Made by a program: the position numbers and the translations under genes. 41,679 bases of DNA from a virus (Duplodnaviria; Caudoviricetes): IMG/VR virus record IMGVR_UViG_3300023246_000155, positions 1 to 41,679 of that record. The stretch is one strand, 5' to 3'. Below the pieces are notes generated by a model. It searched no databases. It was not told where the DNA came from and saw nothing but the letters and a program-made list of their open reading frames with translations. The first letter of the stretch is position 1; each line of letters starts with the position of its first letter. Shown in pieces: positions 1-9,900 of this stretch.

Positions 1-846
1 ATTTGTTGAAACATTACTAACCAATCCGCTATAATTAGAATTTACTGCATTATCTCCAGAATTAGCACCACTTGTATTTCCTAGAAGTGTTATATCATCA
101 TCAGTAACATAATTTTGGTCGCCTGTTAGGGCTGGTGCGAATCCTGTGTGTCCTGCACTAGCATAGTCTAATTGTGAAAAAGAGGCATGGGCTGTTGTGT
201 CTCCGGTATTCGTATAATTACCTGCATTGATGTTTTTCGCTCCCTGGTCTGCTGTCCAATCTAAATGGTCGTTTACTGGAATACTTGCCAAACTATCATG
301 CGCGAAATCTCCGGCTGTGTAGGTTGTGTTTGTATCAGTGTAGTTTGCCGCATTAATCACAGCCGGATTTTGGTCTACTGTCCAATCGACTTCCACATCT
401 TTTGTATAACCAAATGCTCCAATGTCTCCATCACTTAATTGGGTATTTGTATCTGTGTAGTTTCCTGAATGAATGTTTATTGCTCCCTGGTCTGCTGTCC
501 AATCGAGATGCTCGTTTGCTACAAAATCAGAGAACCCATCATGGAAGGCTCCTCCTGCCATTGCCGCACCTGCTGAGGCAACGTTTGTTGAATCTGTGAC
601 ATCTGCTCCATCTTCAATGTTTAGAGCGCTTCTAGTCTCAGTATAAGAAAGACCTGCAATCACTGCTCCGGCTGAAAATCTTGCGAAGTCGTTTGCTATT
701 GGGGTTCCTGAGGTGCTTACGTTTCCACTAACACCAGTTAAATTTGAACCATCTCCATAGAATTCTGTGGCTGTGACTTTTGTAGCGCCTTCTAGTTCAT
801 AAGTATCTCGTAGGTTAATATCGCCCTGTGGTGTGAAGTCTGACAT
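1..846 (-). CDS. 5' part of repetitive fibre/adhesin-like virion protein; runs off the left edge and continues at the right end; not in ORF track
   Basis: ATG at 846 overlaps the TAA of the upstream gene (TAATG). Hand translation MSDFTPQGDINLRDTYELEGATKVTATEFYGDGSNLTGVSG... is open to position 1, with a GDGSNLTG fibre-type motif and LDWTADQGAxNIxxGNYT repeats shared with 39817..41679. Confidence 0.8.
   Translation of the reverse strand, partial: MSDFTPQGDINLRDTYELEGATKVTATEFYGDGSNLTGVSGNVSTSGTPIANDFARFSAGAVIAGLSYTETRSALNIEDGADVTDSTNVASAGAAMAGGAFHDGFSDFVANEHLDWTADQGAINIHSGNYTDTNTQLSDGDIGAFGYTKDVEVDWTVDQNPAVINAANYTDTNTTYTAGDFAHDSLASIPVNDHLDWTADQGAKNINAGNYTNTGDTTAHASFSQLDYASAGHTGFAPALTGDQNYVTDDDITLLGNTSGANSGDNAVNSNYSGLVSNVSTN
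71..233. repeat. Near-identical copy of 41315..41477
   Basis: Direct comparison shows 4 substitutions, all synonymous in the fibre frame; offset differs by 81 nt from the 126-bp repeat. Confidence 0.88.
229..354. repeat. 126-bp exact direct repeat of the window end (41554..41679)
   Basis: Base-by-base identity from gatgtttttcgctccc to tgccgcatt; suggests circularity or an assembly overlap. Confidence 0.92.
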
Positions 847-1679
847 TAGAATATTGCTGGTCTGATGCTTATCCTCGACATCATCTCATCTCTTTGTTTA
901 ATTAACTGATTTGCTGTCTCACGCCATTGTGTGTACGGCTCTCCTTTTTGGACATGCATCTCTGCTAATGTGTAGCCTACGATGTCTGTGTAGGATTGTC
1001 CGATAATTCTTGCAACGCATGCAATTGCGCAAACCGTATTCATTAATTCGATGAAGATGTGCTCTACTTCTAATTTCACAATGCTGCTCCCGGACTCATG
1101 TGTTAAAACTAATTGGTCGAGTGTTATGCTTCCTACTCCTGTTGCAGTTATCTTTGCCGCTTCTCGGTATCCGTCCATTCCTAAAATTTCAACCCAATCA
1201 TTCTCAGCGAATCCCGTTTCGCTTGCAACGGAGACTGAGACCCCCGTACCTGCGATGGTTGCCGCCGAGGATGTTGTGCTGACTGTCTGTGAATGTATGA
1301 CACTGCCATACACATATTTGACTACGACAGAATTACGCTTGCTTGAAAATGTTGGCACTTCTGCCCCTGTTCCTAAAAAAATATAACCCGATTCCTTCTG
1401 AAGCTCCAAGTCGTCTGGATCCACTGTGGTCCCGTCGATTTTTAAGGCTCTCACGCCCAACACGGGGTTCTTTTCGAGGTGATGCCTACTAGTTCCTTCC
1501 CCATCATTAATCTCGATTACCTCTGTCGGTTTGAAATATGTATTAAAAAATCTTGGAATCTTAGCCTCTGCGTCCACTATCATAAGTCCAACATCCGTGT
1601 CGCTTATCTCTGCTGCAGCAATTCCACAAATACGCCTAACCTCAGCCACAGTTGCGAAGTCTCCGTCATCTTCAGCCAT
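846..1679 (-). CDS. Head-tail adaptor/connector protein (gp6/gp15-like) with inserted beta domain
   Basis: N-terminal FATVAEVRRICG motif typical of adaptors; lies downstream of the capsid block. Confidence 0.6.
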   Translation of the reverse strand: MAEDDGDFATVAEVRRICGIAAAEISDTDVGLMIVDAEAKIPRFFNTYFKPTEVIEINDGEGTSRHHLEKNPVLGVRALKIDGTTVDPDDLELQKESGYIFLGTGAEVPTFSSKRNSVVVKYVYGSVIHSQTVSTTSSAATIAGTGVSVSVASETGFAENDWVEILGMDGYREAAKITATGVGSITLDQLVLTHESGSSIVKLEVEHIFIELMNTVCAIACVARIIGQSYTDIVGYTLAEMHVQKGEPYTQWRETANQLIKQRDEMMSRISIRPAIF

Positions 1680-1899
1680 TGAATATCCCCCTTCCGATAA
1701 CTCCTAGTAATGCTCCAACCAACATTGTTAAAAATGATAATGCTATTGTTGCCCATGTTGGAAGTCTGTTCGATTGATGATTAAATAATTGTGTGACTTT
1801 GGTATCTAGGCCATCAATTTTCTTTTCGACCTTCTCAAACCCTGCTTTAATATTTTCTATCTTTTCCCTGGACACCTTTCCAAACGCACACCCCGCCAT
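1672..1899 (-). CDS. Small coiled-coil protein with C-terminal transmembrane helix
   Basis: Likely start MAGCAFG at 1899; heptad region then hydrophobic WATIALSFLTMLVGALLGVIG. Confidence 0.6.
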   Translation of the reverse strand: MAGCAFGKVSREKIENIKAGFEKVEKKIDGLDTKVTQLFNHQSNRLPTWATIALSFLTMLVGALLGVIGRGIFNG

Positions 1900-1900
1900 T

Positions 1901-2275
1901 CTATTTGGAGCCATAGGCCTCCTCCAAAATCTTAGCAATATCATCCCTGAATGGAAGTGCATATTCATCGGTACTAGCCCGAATCGTTTTTATTAGTTCT
2001 TCTCTTGCAGGGAATATTTTTGTAATGTCCTGGGCCGTCTTTCGACCTATGCCTTTGATTTTTATTAATTCTTCTAGAAATGTGTTTTGGATTTGTTTTG
2101 TTTCGACTTTCTTGGATCCAATTTGTCCTTCAGTCGTTTTGACGGAGAACCCATAAGAAATTCCAGCCCTAGCTGTTAACTCTACACTTTCTCCTTTTCT
2201 TATTGTGGCCCAATGACAATCCCTTGCTTTCCCGATACGAATCTTAATTGTCCCACCTCTATTGATGAACCACAT
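1901..2275 (-). CDS. Helix-hairpin-helix DNA-binding domain protein
   Basis: LIKIKGIGRKTAQDI HhH motif; likely start MWFINRGG. Confidence 0.6.
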   Translation of the reverse strand: MWFINRGGTIKIRIGKARDCHWATIRKGESVELTARAGISYGFSVKTTEGQIGSKKVETKQIQNTFLEELIKIKGIGRKTAQDITKIFPAREELIKTIRASTDEYALPFRDDIAKILEEAYGSK

Positions 2276-2276
2276 T

Positions 2277-2651
2277 TTATTCCTCAACCATCAAGTGTAC
2301 TGATACGGTTTCTGTTGCTGTTCCAGATGCAAGTGATAATTTAACTCGTCCGTAAACCGTGAATGGCTCATAAACTTTTAATCCTGTGTACGACAATACT
2401 GTTTCTGCTCCAGTATTTATGCAAACTGGTGTTCTTGGATAATAAGTCTTATCTGTTGTCGCTGCTGCCAAGTCTAGGATTTTTTGAGCCGAAGCTTCTC
2501 CATCCGTGTCTAGGTCAACGGTACAACTGTGCGTCGGATAGTCAACTCCTACTGCAATAACCCTTCCTCTTATAGGTACGCTATAAGCTGAGGCTGAGGT
2601 CGCACCTGCTGCAATTGTTGCCGATATTTTGTACTTTGTTATTTTTGACAT
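2277..2651 (-). CDS. Putative virion structural protein
   Basis: Ala/Thr-rich beta-type ORF in the head module with GGAGA RBS. Confidence 0.55.
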   Translation of the reverse strand: MSKITKYKISATIAAGATSASAYSVPIRGRVIAVGVDYPTHSCTVDLDTDGEASAQKILDLAAATTDKTYYPRTPVCINTGAETVLSYTGLKVYEPFTVYGRVKLSLASGTATETVSVHLMVEE

Positions 2652-2707
2652 GTTTGTTTCTCCATTTAGTTGACTTAAGGTCCCTCGACCTCTTGTTTCT
2701 TAAAACA

Positions 2708-2738
2708 AGAAAAATAAATAAAATAAATAAAAAAAATT
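2708..2738 (-). terminator. Oligo-T archaeal-type terminator
   Basis: Long T-rich tract on the minus strand immediately after the stop at 2743. Confidence 0.55.
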
Positions 2739-2742
2739 GTGT

Positions 2743-3009
2743 TTATTTAACTTCAACGAGTTTGTTTCTTTGTGCGATTCTTCTTGATACGGTCACTACT
2801 TCTCCAGGCTTAACTGTTAACCATTTGACTTTCCTTCCATCTACAAATTTAATCTTTATTCCCTTATTGGAAACATTCTTAAATTGTTCAACTTTTGGTT
2901 GTTCTGTCTTTGCTTCAACGAGTTTTTCAACTAGTTTTGCTTCGACTGGTTTAACATCTGCTACTTTAACTTCCTTTTGTTGTTCGATTGGTTTAATTTC
3001 TTTTGCCAT
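2743..3009 (-). CDS. Hypothetical Lys/Glu/Val-rich protein
   Basis: 88-aa ORF tightly coupled to the upstream gene. Confidence 0.6.
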   Translation of the reverse strand: MAKEIKPIEQQKEVKVADVKPVEAKLVEKLVEAKTEQPKVEQFKNVSNKGIKIKFVDGRKVKWLTVKPGEVVTVSRRIAQRNKLVEVK

Positions 3010-3010
3010 C

Positions 3011-3787
3011 TTATTCGAATAACACTCGAGAGATTTTCTCGTAGTAAACTGTCAACACTCTAGCTCCTGCTCCCAGGTTTTGCATTCCGATGTATGGAAT
3101 TAAATCCACGTCATTTGTCAAAGCTGTAGTCACTTCTACACATTTATCATTGATGTAACAATGTGCTTTTCGGTCTGAATCTATTTCAATTCTAAATCGA
3201 TAAACTGTGCTTGCCGCGCATGTCACTCCACTTGCTTTCGCTGTGTCTGTGCCACCAATTGAACTTTCAACTACCCATCCTGCATCCGTATCGTCAGTTG
3301 AATATCTGAAGAATACTTTGTCATCGTCGGTTGCTATTACGGGTGTGTTTGTTAATTTCAAACCTGCCCAGAATAGAATTGTCGCTACTGATGCCGGTGT
3401 TTTTATTGCTGCTTCCCAGATTACCTGGTTTTCAGTTCCCCATTTTACTCCCGTCCATGGCGAGTATTCAGAGTCTAGATGTGGCAATAAAATCACTTGA
3501 TCGTTATCAGCTGCAGTTGTTGTCAAAAGCATAGCCGCGTCCGTTGCCGAATACGTACTACAAGTTGTAACTGCATTTTCTCCCAAAAGTTCGAAGTCTG
3601 TACTAATTGCTCGAGCTATTTCAGTTGTGTACACTGCATCAATATCTCCGTTAAGACCAACCTTTCGTCCCATCCATTCAAGATAATATCTCTCTGGACT
3701 TCGACTAAAATTTCCCTCAACTTTAACTTTGTCTTTGTACACTCGGTCGCCAGTCATGTTTCCGCTTACTATTCCTTGTCCTACCAT
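3011..3787 (-). CDS. Putative minor capsid/decoration protein (beta-sandwich-like)
   Basis: 258-aa ORF two genes downstream of the capsid gene; beta-rich pattern. Confidence 0.5.
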   Translation of the reverse strand: MVGQGIVSGNMTGDRVYKDKVKVEGNFSRSPERYYLEWMGRKVGLNGDIDAVYTTEIARAISTDFELLGENAVTTCSTYSATDAAMLLTTTAADNDQVILLPHLDSEYSPWTGVKWGTENQVIWEAAIKTPASVATILFWAGLKLTNTPVIATDDDKVFFRYSTDDTDAGWVVESSIGGTDTAKASGVTCAASTVYRFRIEIDSDRKAHCYINDKCVEVTTALTNDVDLIPYIGMQNLGAGARVLTVYYEKISRVLFE

Positions 3788-3807
3788 TTTAATTCAAAAA
3801 CGGCAAT

Positions 3808-4080
3808 CTAAAGACGGCCCATTACGTAGATTGTTCTTGCTTCGCTATCAGCTGCTCCTGGAATCAGTAGTCCTGTCGCGTCTGTAATTACTAGGATTGG
3901 TTCCCAGTCGTCAGTTGCTCCATAACTTGAAGCGCATACTATCTTTGAGATATCCACAAGTGAACTGATGTCAATCGTATCTGCGTCATCAGCTGTTGCT
4001 GGTGTTACTATCTTGTAAACATTAAACCCAACTTGTGGGTCGTTTGTTACCGTACAATCATCTATATCTATTGCTGCTAT
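3808..4080 (-). CDS. 90-aa putative capsid-associated protein with apparent ATA start; not in ORF track
   Basis: AGGAGGT RBS followed by A7 and ATA GCA GCA ATA...; open frame (M)AAIDIDDCTVTNDPQVGFNVYKIVTPATADDADTIDISS...RTIYVMGRL to TAG at 3808; fills the gap after the capsid gene. Confidence 0.75.
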   Translation of the reverse strand: MAAIDIDDCTVTNDPQVGFNVYKIVTPATADDADTIDISSLVDISKIVCASSYGATDDWEPILVITDATGLLIPGAADSEARTIYVMGRL

Positions 4081-4161
4081 TTTTTTTACCTCCTGTGTGA
4101 TTTAGTTGGGATGCCTGTTCTGGCACTGTCGTATGTTTTTTTTCTCCGACCGAGAAAATTC

Positions 4162-4185
4162 AAATAAAAAAATAAAAATAAAATT
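4162..4185 (-). terminator. Oligo-T terminator after major capsid gene
   Basis: T-rich tract on the minus strand directly after the stop codon. Confidence 0.55.
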
Positions 4186-4190
4186 GTTAT

Positions 4191-5291
4191 TTATAATATA
4201 TTGTCAATAAACGCGTTGAACTTTGGATTTTTCATCACTAGACATTGGTACTGCTTTAGATAGAACTTATCCGAATCGTTAGTTTTACCTAGCGCTTCGT
4301 ATGTTGTATCCTGCAAAACCCTCATCTCGATGTAATCTGTATCAAGGAAGTAAATCTGTTTAGCACCTGAAGTATTGCTCAAATATTGAGAATAAATCAT
4401 TGGTATTGGACCAGCAATTGTCATTACTGATATAGCAGCTGGTACACCAAATGGTAAGATACCATTAGGAACATCGCTTGGAGAATATCGGTATGTATCC
4501 AACATAATCTTTCGCACGTCCTGTAGTGCTGCGCTAGAAGCGATTGCTAACTTAGGGTTACCCGAGTCATCAATAGCGTATCTAACCGCTGTTTCAATAT
4601 CATTGTATGTTAATGCTGCGCCGTCCAAATCAAGCTGATTTGTTGTACTCTGTAACTTTACGATACCTGAGAATTCAGTTGCGTCTGTGGATGCGTCACC
4701 ATTAACGATTAAACTTTCTTCCAATTCCTTTAGTGCTCTTGCCGCGGTTAGAACTCTTAATTGCATAGCGTTAGAGGCTGCAACGTTTCCGAATGCACTA
4801 CCGCCTAACCCAGAACCAGTTCCCTGAAAGCCTTCAAGAACGAACGCAGGTTGCGCTGCTCGTGCAGGTCCAGTAACTCGACCAACTGAATAAAGGAATT
4901 TGATTGGCGTAGAGTACCTATCGATTGTATCGTTAGCTTCTCCAAATGCACCATCTTCTAGTGCTGTAAACGCAGCACCTTTTTCAGTTATCTCGTTCCA
5001 GTCAGCGTACATTCCCAAGTTTGTCACTCGAGGAATTAGCTCAACTAATGGTGTTCTCTTCCTCGTCTGATCAATCAGCAAAGGAGATAAATAGACTGGA
5101 ATCATTGCATATCCTGCAGTTCCAGTTCCACCCTGAGTTGTAGTAGTTGCTTTCATGCCGGCCTCTGGCCTCATGTCCACACCACTTACTGGGTCCCAAT
5201 ACATGGTTTTGCTCTTAAGGTTTGCGAACGATTGGAAGTAGGCGTCTTGAAAATCAAGGCCATCTGTACTTCCTGTGAATGCTTGTCCCAT
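4191..5291 (-). CDS. Major capsid protein (HK97 fold)
   Basis: 366 aa after the protease gene; TPLVELIPR, ELEESLIVNGD and EFSGIVKL motifs typical of HK97-type capsids. Confidence 0.85.
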   Translation of the reverse strand: MGQAFTGSTDGLDFQDAYFQSFANLKSKTMYWDPVSGVDMRPEAGMKATTTTQGGTGTAGYAMIPVYLSPLLIDQTRKRTPLVELIPRVTNLGMYADWNEITEKGAAFTALEDGAFGEANDTIDRYSTPIKFLYSVGRVTGPARAAQPAFVLEGFQGTGSGLGGSAFGNVAASNAMQLRVLTAARALKELEESLIVNGDASTDATEFSGIVKLQSTTNQLDLDGAALTYNDIETAVRYAIDDSGNPKLAIASSAALQDVRKIMLDTYRYSPSDVPNGILPFGVPAAISVMTIAGPIPMIYSQYLSNTSGAKQIYFLDTDYIEMRVLQDTTYEALGKTNDSDKFYLKQYQCLVMKNPKFNAFIDNIL

Positions 5292-5292
5292 T

Positions 5293-6309
5293 TTAGCAAA
5301 GGTCTAAAGGATCAACAGATTTTAAATCAGCTTCAGCTGCTTTCTTATCTGGTTCATTCTCATTGTTGTTCAAGGACTTATGTACGGGTTGTTTTAAAGC
5401 ATCTGTAATCTTAGCAATGTTCTCTTTCATTTCTGATTGAGCTTCCTTCATAGAAACATTATCTTTCACAACAGCGTCGTACTTTTCGTTCATAGACTTC
5501 AATTCGTTTGAAATAGATTTAAGCATCTCAATTGATTTACCTTCAACGTCATTCGAACCTTCGCCTTCTCCAGCATCGCTGCCTTCGTCGGTTTCAGTTT
5601 CTTTGTCGTTTTCGTCATCTGTCATCTTAGAATTTTTTGTGTGTAATTTAGTTATATCTTCCGATTTAACGGTTGAATGTGATTTGCTCTTAACTTCGAG
5701 TTGTCCTTCTACGCTTGGATCTAGTGATTTTCTTTTCTTATATTCTTCTAGTGCATCCATTGATTTCGTGAATACTTCTGCCATTTGGGCCCGTGTGTTA
5801 CATGGGTTTCCTGTCATTGCTACATTTAATAGAGTAACATCATTAAGCATTCGAATTGATTTCCCTTCTCTTTGATCGTACGAGATGTCGGTTGGTAGAA
5901 ATGCCACCGAGAAAGCATCTAAATATTTTTCTATTAGATTTCCTTTGATTGATTTATAGTTTGGATTGTACCTATTGATCTCACACTTGACGCTTGTTGA
6001 GTATCTTCCTTTGCCTAAATCTTTAATGGTTGCATCGATTATCTTTCCTGCAGGGATCCTTGTTTTGTTAATTTCTTTTTCCTCATGAGTATCTCCCTTA
6101 AACGCTTCGTGTTCTAAATCTAATTTCATATTTCTTTCTAGAATTTGTTTCTGCATAGACTTTTGACAATCCTTTGTCATAATATCGTTTACGAAGTCTA
6201 TATCGTTTGTGGAAATATCTCCCTCAACATACAGGTGCTCCTCTCCCTTCAGGTTAACTATATTTACGTTGAGGGGAGTAGTGAATGTGAAGCTTGCTTC
6301 TTGATCCAT
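5293..6309 (-). CDS. Prohead protease with C-terminal scaffold region
   Basis: YVEGDISTNDIDFVND..EH..AFSVAF..LLNVAMTGNPCN protease motifs followed by an acidic coiled-coil tail. Confidence 0.8.
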   Translation of the reverse strand: MDQEASFTFTTPLNVNIVNLKGEEHLYVEGDISTNDIDFVNDIMTKDCQKSMQKQILERNMKLDLEHEAFKGDTHEEKEINKTRIPAGKIIDATIKDLGKGRYSTSVKCEINRYNPNYKSIKGNLIEKYLDAFSVAFLPTDISYDQREGKSIRMLNDVTLLNVAMTGNPCNTRAQMAEVFTKSMDALEEYKKRKSLDPSVEGQLEVKSKSHSTVKSEDITKLHTKNSKMTDDENDKETETDEGSDAGEGEGSNDVEGKSIEMLKSISNELKSMNEKYDAVVKDNVSMKEAQSEMKENIAKITDALKQPVHKSLNNNENEPDKKAAEADLKSVDPLDLC

Positions 6310-6371
6310 AATCAGTCTAACTCTTTTTTTATTATAAATCTACTTTCAAAATTTTAGAAGTATTATTCTGT

Positions 6372-6875
6372 CTATTTACGTAATGCCTTACTTATTTTTT
6401 CTCTTGTTTTCTTAGAATGTTTAAATCCAGTCTTTAAATCGGTATTTGTTCTAGCTTCTAATCCTAGTTTTTTAAATCTATCATATATTGCTGATTTTGA
6501 TTTAAAACCAAAAAAGTCTGCTATTTTTTTATAATCCCACTTCTTTTCATAATATAAATTTTTCATTAATTCCAAATCAATTTCTATTTTATTAGCCCCG
6601 GGTATTCCATGAAGTTTCAAATGTGCCTTCTGTGTCATTAACATAAGATTTTCTATTCTGTTGTCTGAAGGATTGTTGTTTAAATGATGCAATATTAAGC
6701 CTTTTTGTATTTTTCCAAATTTCTTCTCCCACAAGTATCTATGTTCTAAATATTTTTTACCTTTAATCTCTATGCACCTATAACCATCTTTATTGATAGT
6801 TCCACCCTTATAATTATGTGGTCGTTTTCCATACATTATATTTTCTTTTCCGGGTTTGAATTTCATAAACAACAT
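6372..6875 (-). CDS. Free-standing HNH homing endonuclease with HTH and NUMOD3-like tail
   Basis: EHRYLWE..LHHLNNNPSDNRIENL HNH motif; C-terminal HSKKTREKISKA. Confidence 0.85.
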   Translation of the reverse strand: MLFMKFKPGKENIMYGKRPHNYKGGTINKDGYRCIEIKGKKYLEHRYLWEKKFGKIQKGLILHHLNNNPSDNRIENLMLMTQKAHLKLHGIPGANKIEIDLELMKNLYYEKKWDYKKIADFFGFKSKSAIYDRFKKLGLEARTNTDLKTGFKHSKKTREKISKALRK

Positions 6876-6886
6876 AAGAAATCTAT

Positions 6887-6900
6887 CCTTTTAAAAGTTT
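6887..6900 (-). promoter_or_regulatory. BRE/TATA-like promoter for the HNH gene
   Basis: AAACTTTTAAAAGG shortly upstream of the start; similar motifs recur across the genome. Confidence 0.5.
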
Positions 6901-6906
6901 CTGTTC

Positions 6907-9900
6907 TTATTCAGAACTGATACTATCTTCTTCTTTTTCTAAAAACAGCAAAACAGAACGGCATCTGGGATGTGAGGGAGGACTTTGTCCAGACCAATCC
7001 TTATAATGAAAGTCTTCGTCTAGTCCGACTATCTGACCATCTAAATGCTTACAAATATCTGAGGTTCTGTCATCATGTGCGCTCAACCATTGTTTTTTCA
7101 TATCCAATCCAGAACCCTTCATTGCTAGTAGTTTTCCTTGATTTTCTGCTCTTCCGACTTCTGTTATAGCTATAATTTCGGCCCGATTATCTCCTACGTT
7201 GAATACTTTTGTCACTCTTGCTTTTAGCTTTGTTACCCCTTCCCCGTTGATTATTCCTCTGCCTAATTCGGCTTTTAGGTTGTTTGCTATTTCTTCTGTC
7301 ATTCCCTTTACATTATCGAACGTGTGGTCTTGTAAAAACTGAACTGCATTGTTATTCATTGGGATATTCTTGTCTATTTGCTTCTCTGAGGTGTCCCATC
7401 CAAATTGAAAGTTTACTTTGATGACTTCGTCTACTACCTTTCTAAATGTGAAAATCTCAAATATCTTCTTAATGATTCTTGGCAAATCGTCTATTCCCTT
7501 AATCTGTAGTAATTGTTCAGGCTTGCCTTGTTCTTCTAGTAATTCGAACACCTTCTTTTTATTGACCTTTAGGAGGTCTGTGATGTTCTTCTTTAGCTTC
7601 TTCTCGGATGGACTTAGTTCTTCTCCTGGTCCTAGTGTGTTTGGTGAGTCTGAGGTTGATGCCTTCTTGACATCCTTTGGCTTATCTCCTTTAGCCGGCT
7701 TGCCTGTCATCTTGTCACGATTGTTTGCGCTATCCCTATTGATTTTGTCTGCGTCCTGTTGTCGGGGATCCCCTACGTTTATGTTCGTTCCCTGATTTGG
7801 ACTTCTCTCTCCAACATTCTTGTCACCCCATTCTACATCATCTAATCCTTCTGCGTTACGCACTTCGTTGATTGTCTTAAGGTCTGATTCGGTCTGCAAC
7901 TTGTATAATCCCCACTTCTTTGTTTCTTCGTCTATGTCAAATATCTTGTATTTGTATCTTACACCTTCAACTCCAAACTCCGGGATGATTTCCGTGTTGA
8001 CGTGGTATTCGATTAATCTTAGTAAAGGGTAGATGATTCGTTTCTTTGCTACGCTTGTCTGTACGATTTGGTTTGCGGATCCTTTTGCATCTTCTGTGTT
8101 ATAATGAATACCTACCTTTCCATTTCTACAAGTAATGAATGGTCTGTTTCTTACGCTTGGACACCACATTGTTCCAGTATATTTTTCATTAAATCTTTGA
8201 GTAGATATAACAACTCTTGGTTCTTTTTGCGAAATATTAACATTAAGTTCATAGGTTTTATTCCATTTTGGGTTATCAAATTCTCTTTCGTAAATAGAAG
8301 CCTTATATCCTAATTTTAAACATATTTCAAACACATCCTCAATTAATCTCTTACTACTGGATGAATAATTAAATGAATCTTCCCCTTCCCTTCTTGAACC
8401 ATCTCCAGATACCAAGGCATCTAATAATATTCTTAATTGTGGCTTTGGTAAATTCTTTATTTCTTGTGGAATATGCTTTTCTAAGCTTCCACCAAATCTA
8501 CTCAAATAAAGGGCTAGAGATTTATTATTAAGTGTCCAGCAAACCTTTTCTCTTCTGAATCCCATTTTTTCAGCTAATGGTTTCATAATTTTAATACCCT
8601 CTGGTTTTACTTGTGCTATTTTAACATGAAATTGTTTTCTTTCTCTCATCTTCTTTAATACAGAACCTTCAGACAAATAATAACCTAAAAATTCACACCA
8701 TTCATCTATATTAAAAGTTGTTTGTTGATATCTTCCCTTATCTTTATTGTTTTCATATTCTACTAAGGGTATGTTGATTTCATCTAAATATTCCCCTTCC
8801 CACCCCAGTCCTCCTTGTAGAAATTTAACCGTATCCACATCTATTTCATTCGAGGGACTACATTTATATTCTTCTTTTTTAGGAGTCCTATAATACATTC
8901 TGTGATTATCGCTAACTAGAACATCTACACAATTATTTTTATAAAAATGAAAGTTTCTATCTTTAACGTCAAATGTATGAATTTTATCTGGTTTTATATA
9001 TTCTATTTCTTTTTGATTTATTATGGTGGCAATTTTATCATCTTCTTTAATTTCCCAATAATATTTGAGTCCGTTGTCTGTTAAAACCTGTGTATCATCT
9101 GAATAACAAAATCCTAGTTCTGTGGCTGTAATCCCGAAGGCTCCCCACACTAGCTTTGACCACCACTTCTGGCTTTCGATAAGTTCTAGCTCCTGGTTTG
9201 TGAATCCTAATCTCTCGAACTTTGGCATCTTGTTAACCATTGGGAGTTTGTGATTCGCTCTCTTCCAGTTACCCAGATCGTCCTGCACCTTTTGCTGCTG
9301 AATCCACTGTTGTCCGAACGCTGTCAAATCCTCACTACTCATCCCTTCTAATCCCAAGACTCCTGGAGGGATTGAGTTGTCGTTGAAATATTCGAGTTGA
9401 CTCTCCACTGCGTAGATTAATGTCTGAACCGTCTTTGCCAAAACTTCCATACTGCTTCGGCCATATAAATTGTCGGTCCTAACTTTCTTCTCAAACCACA
9501 CTACCTCTCGCCTTCCGAATGGGATTGGTCTGGCGCCTGTGTTGAATCCGTATTGGAAGTACGCGCCCTCTTCATGCGCATCCTCAGCCGTCATCTCTGC
9601 TTGGATTGCCGGATATTCCATTGTTTGGGTTTGCTCTTCTCCTTCCCCAAGAATGTTCTTCATTAAAATTAAGTCTGCCCTAGTCGTGTAAAATCCATAA
9701 GGATCGGGATTCTTTGTGAATGCCATTCCATCCCTTGCGCAAATCTCAACCATCTCTCCAAACATGTTAAAAATCTTCACCATGACTCCGGAGTTAAGTT
9801 CTAGTAAATCTGGCAACATCATTCTCACAATCATTTCCCATGACTCTTTGTTTGTGTTTGGGTTCTCGAAGAAGTCCTGCAATCTCTCAACATCTGCATC

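Noticed and set aside
71-354. DGR template/variable repeat pair with 41315..41679
   Set aside because: No reverse transcriptase; the differences are synonymous and not adenine-specific, plus an in-frame indel.
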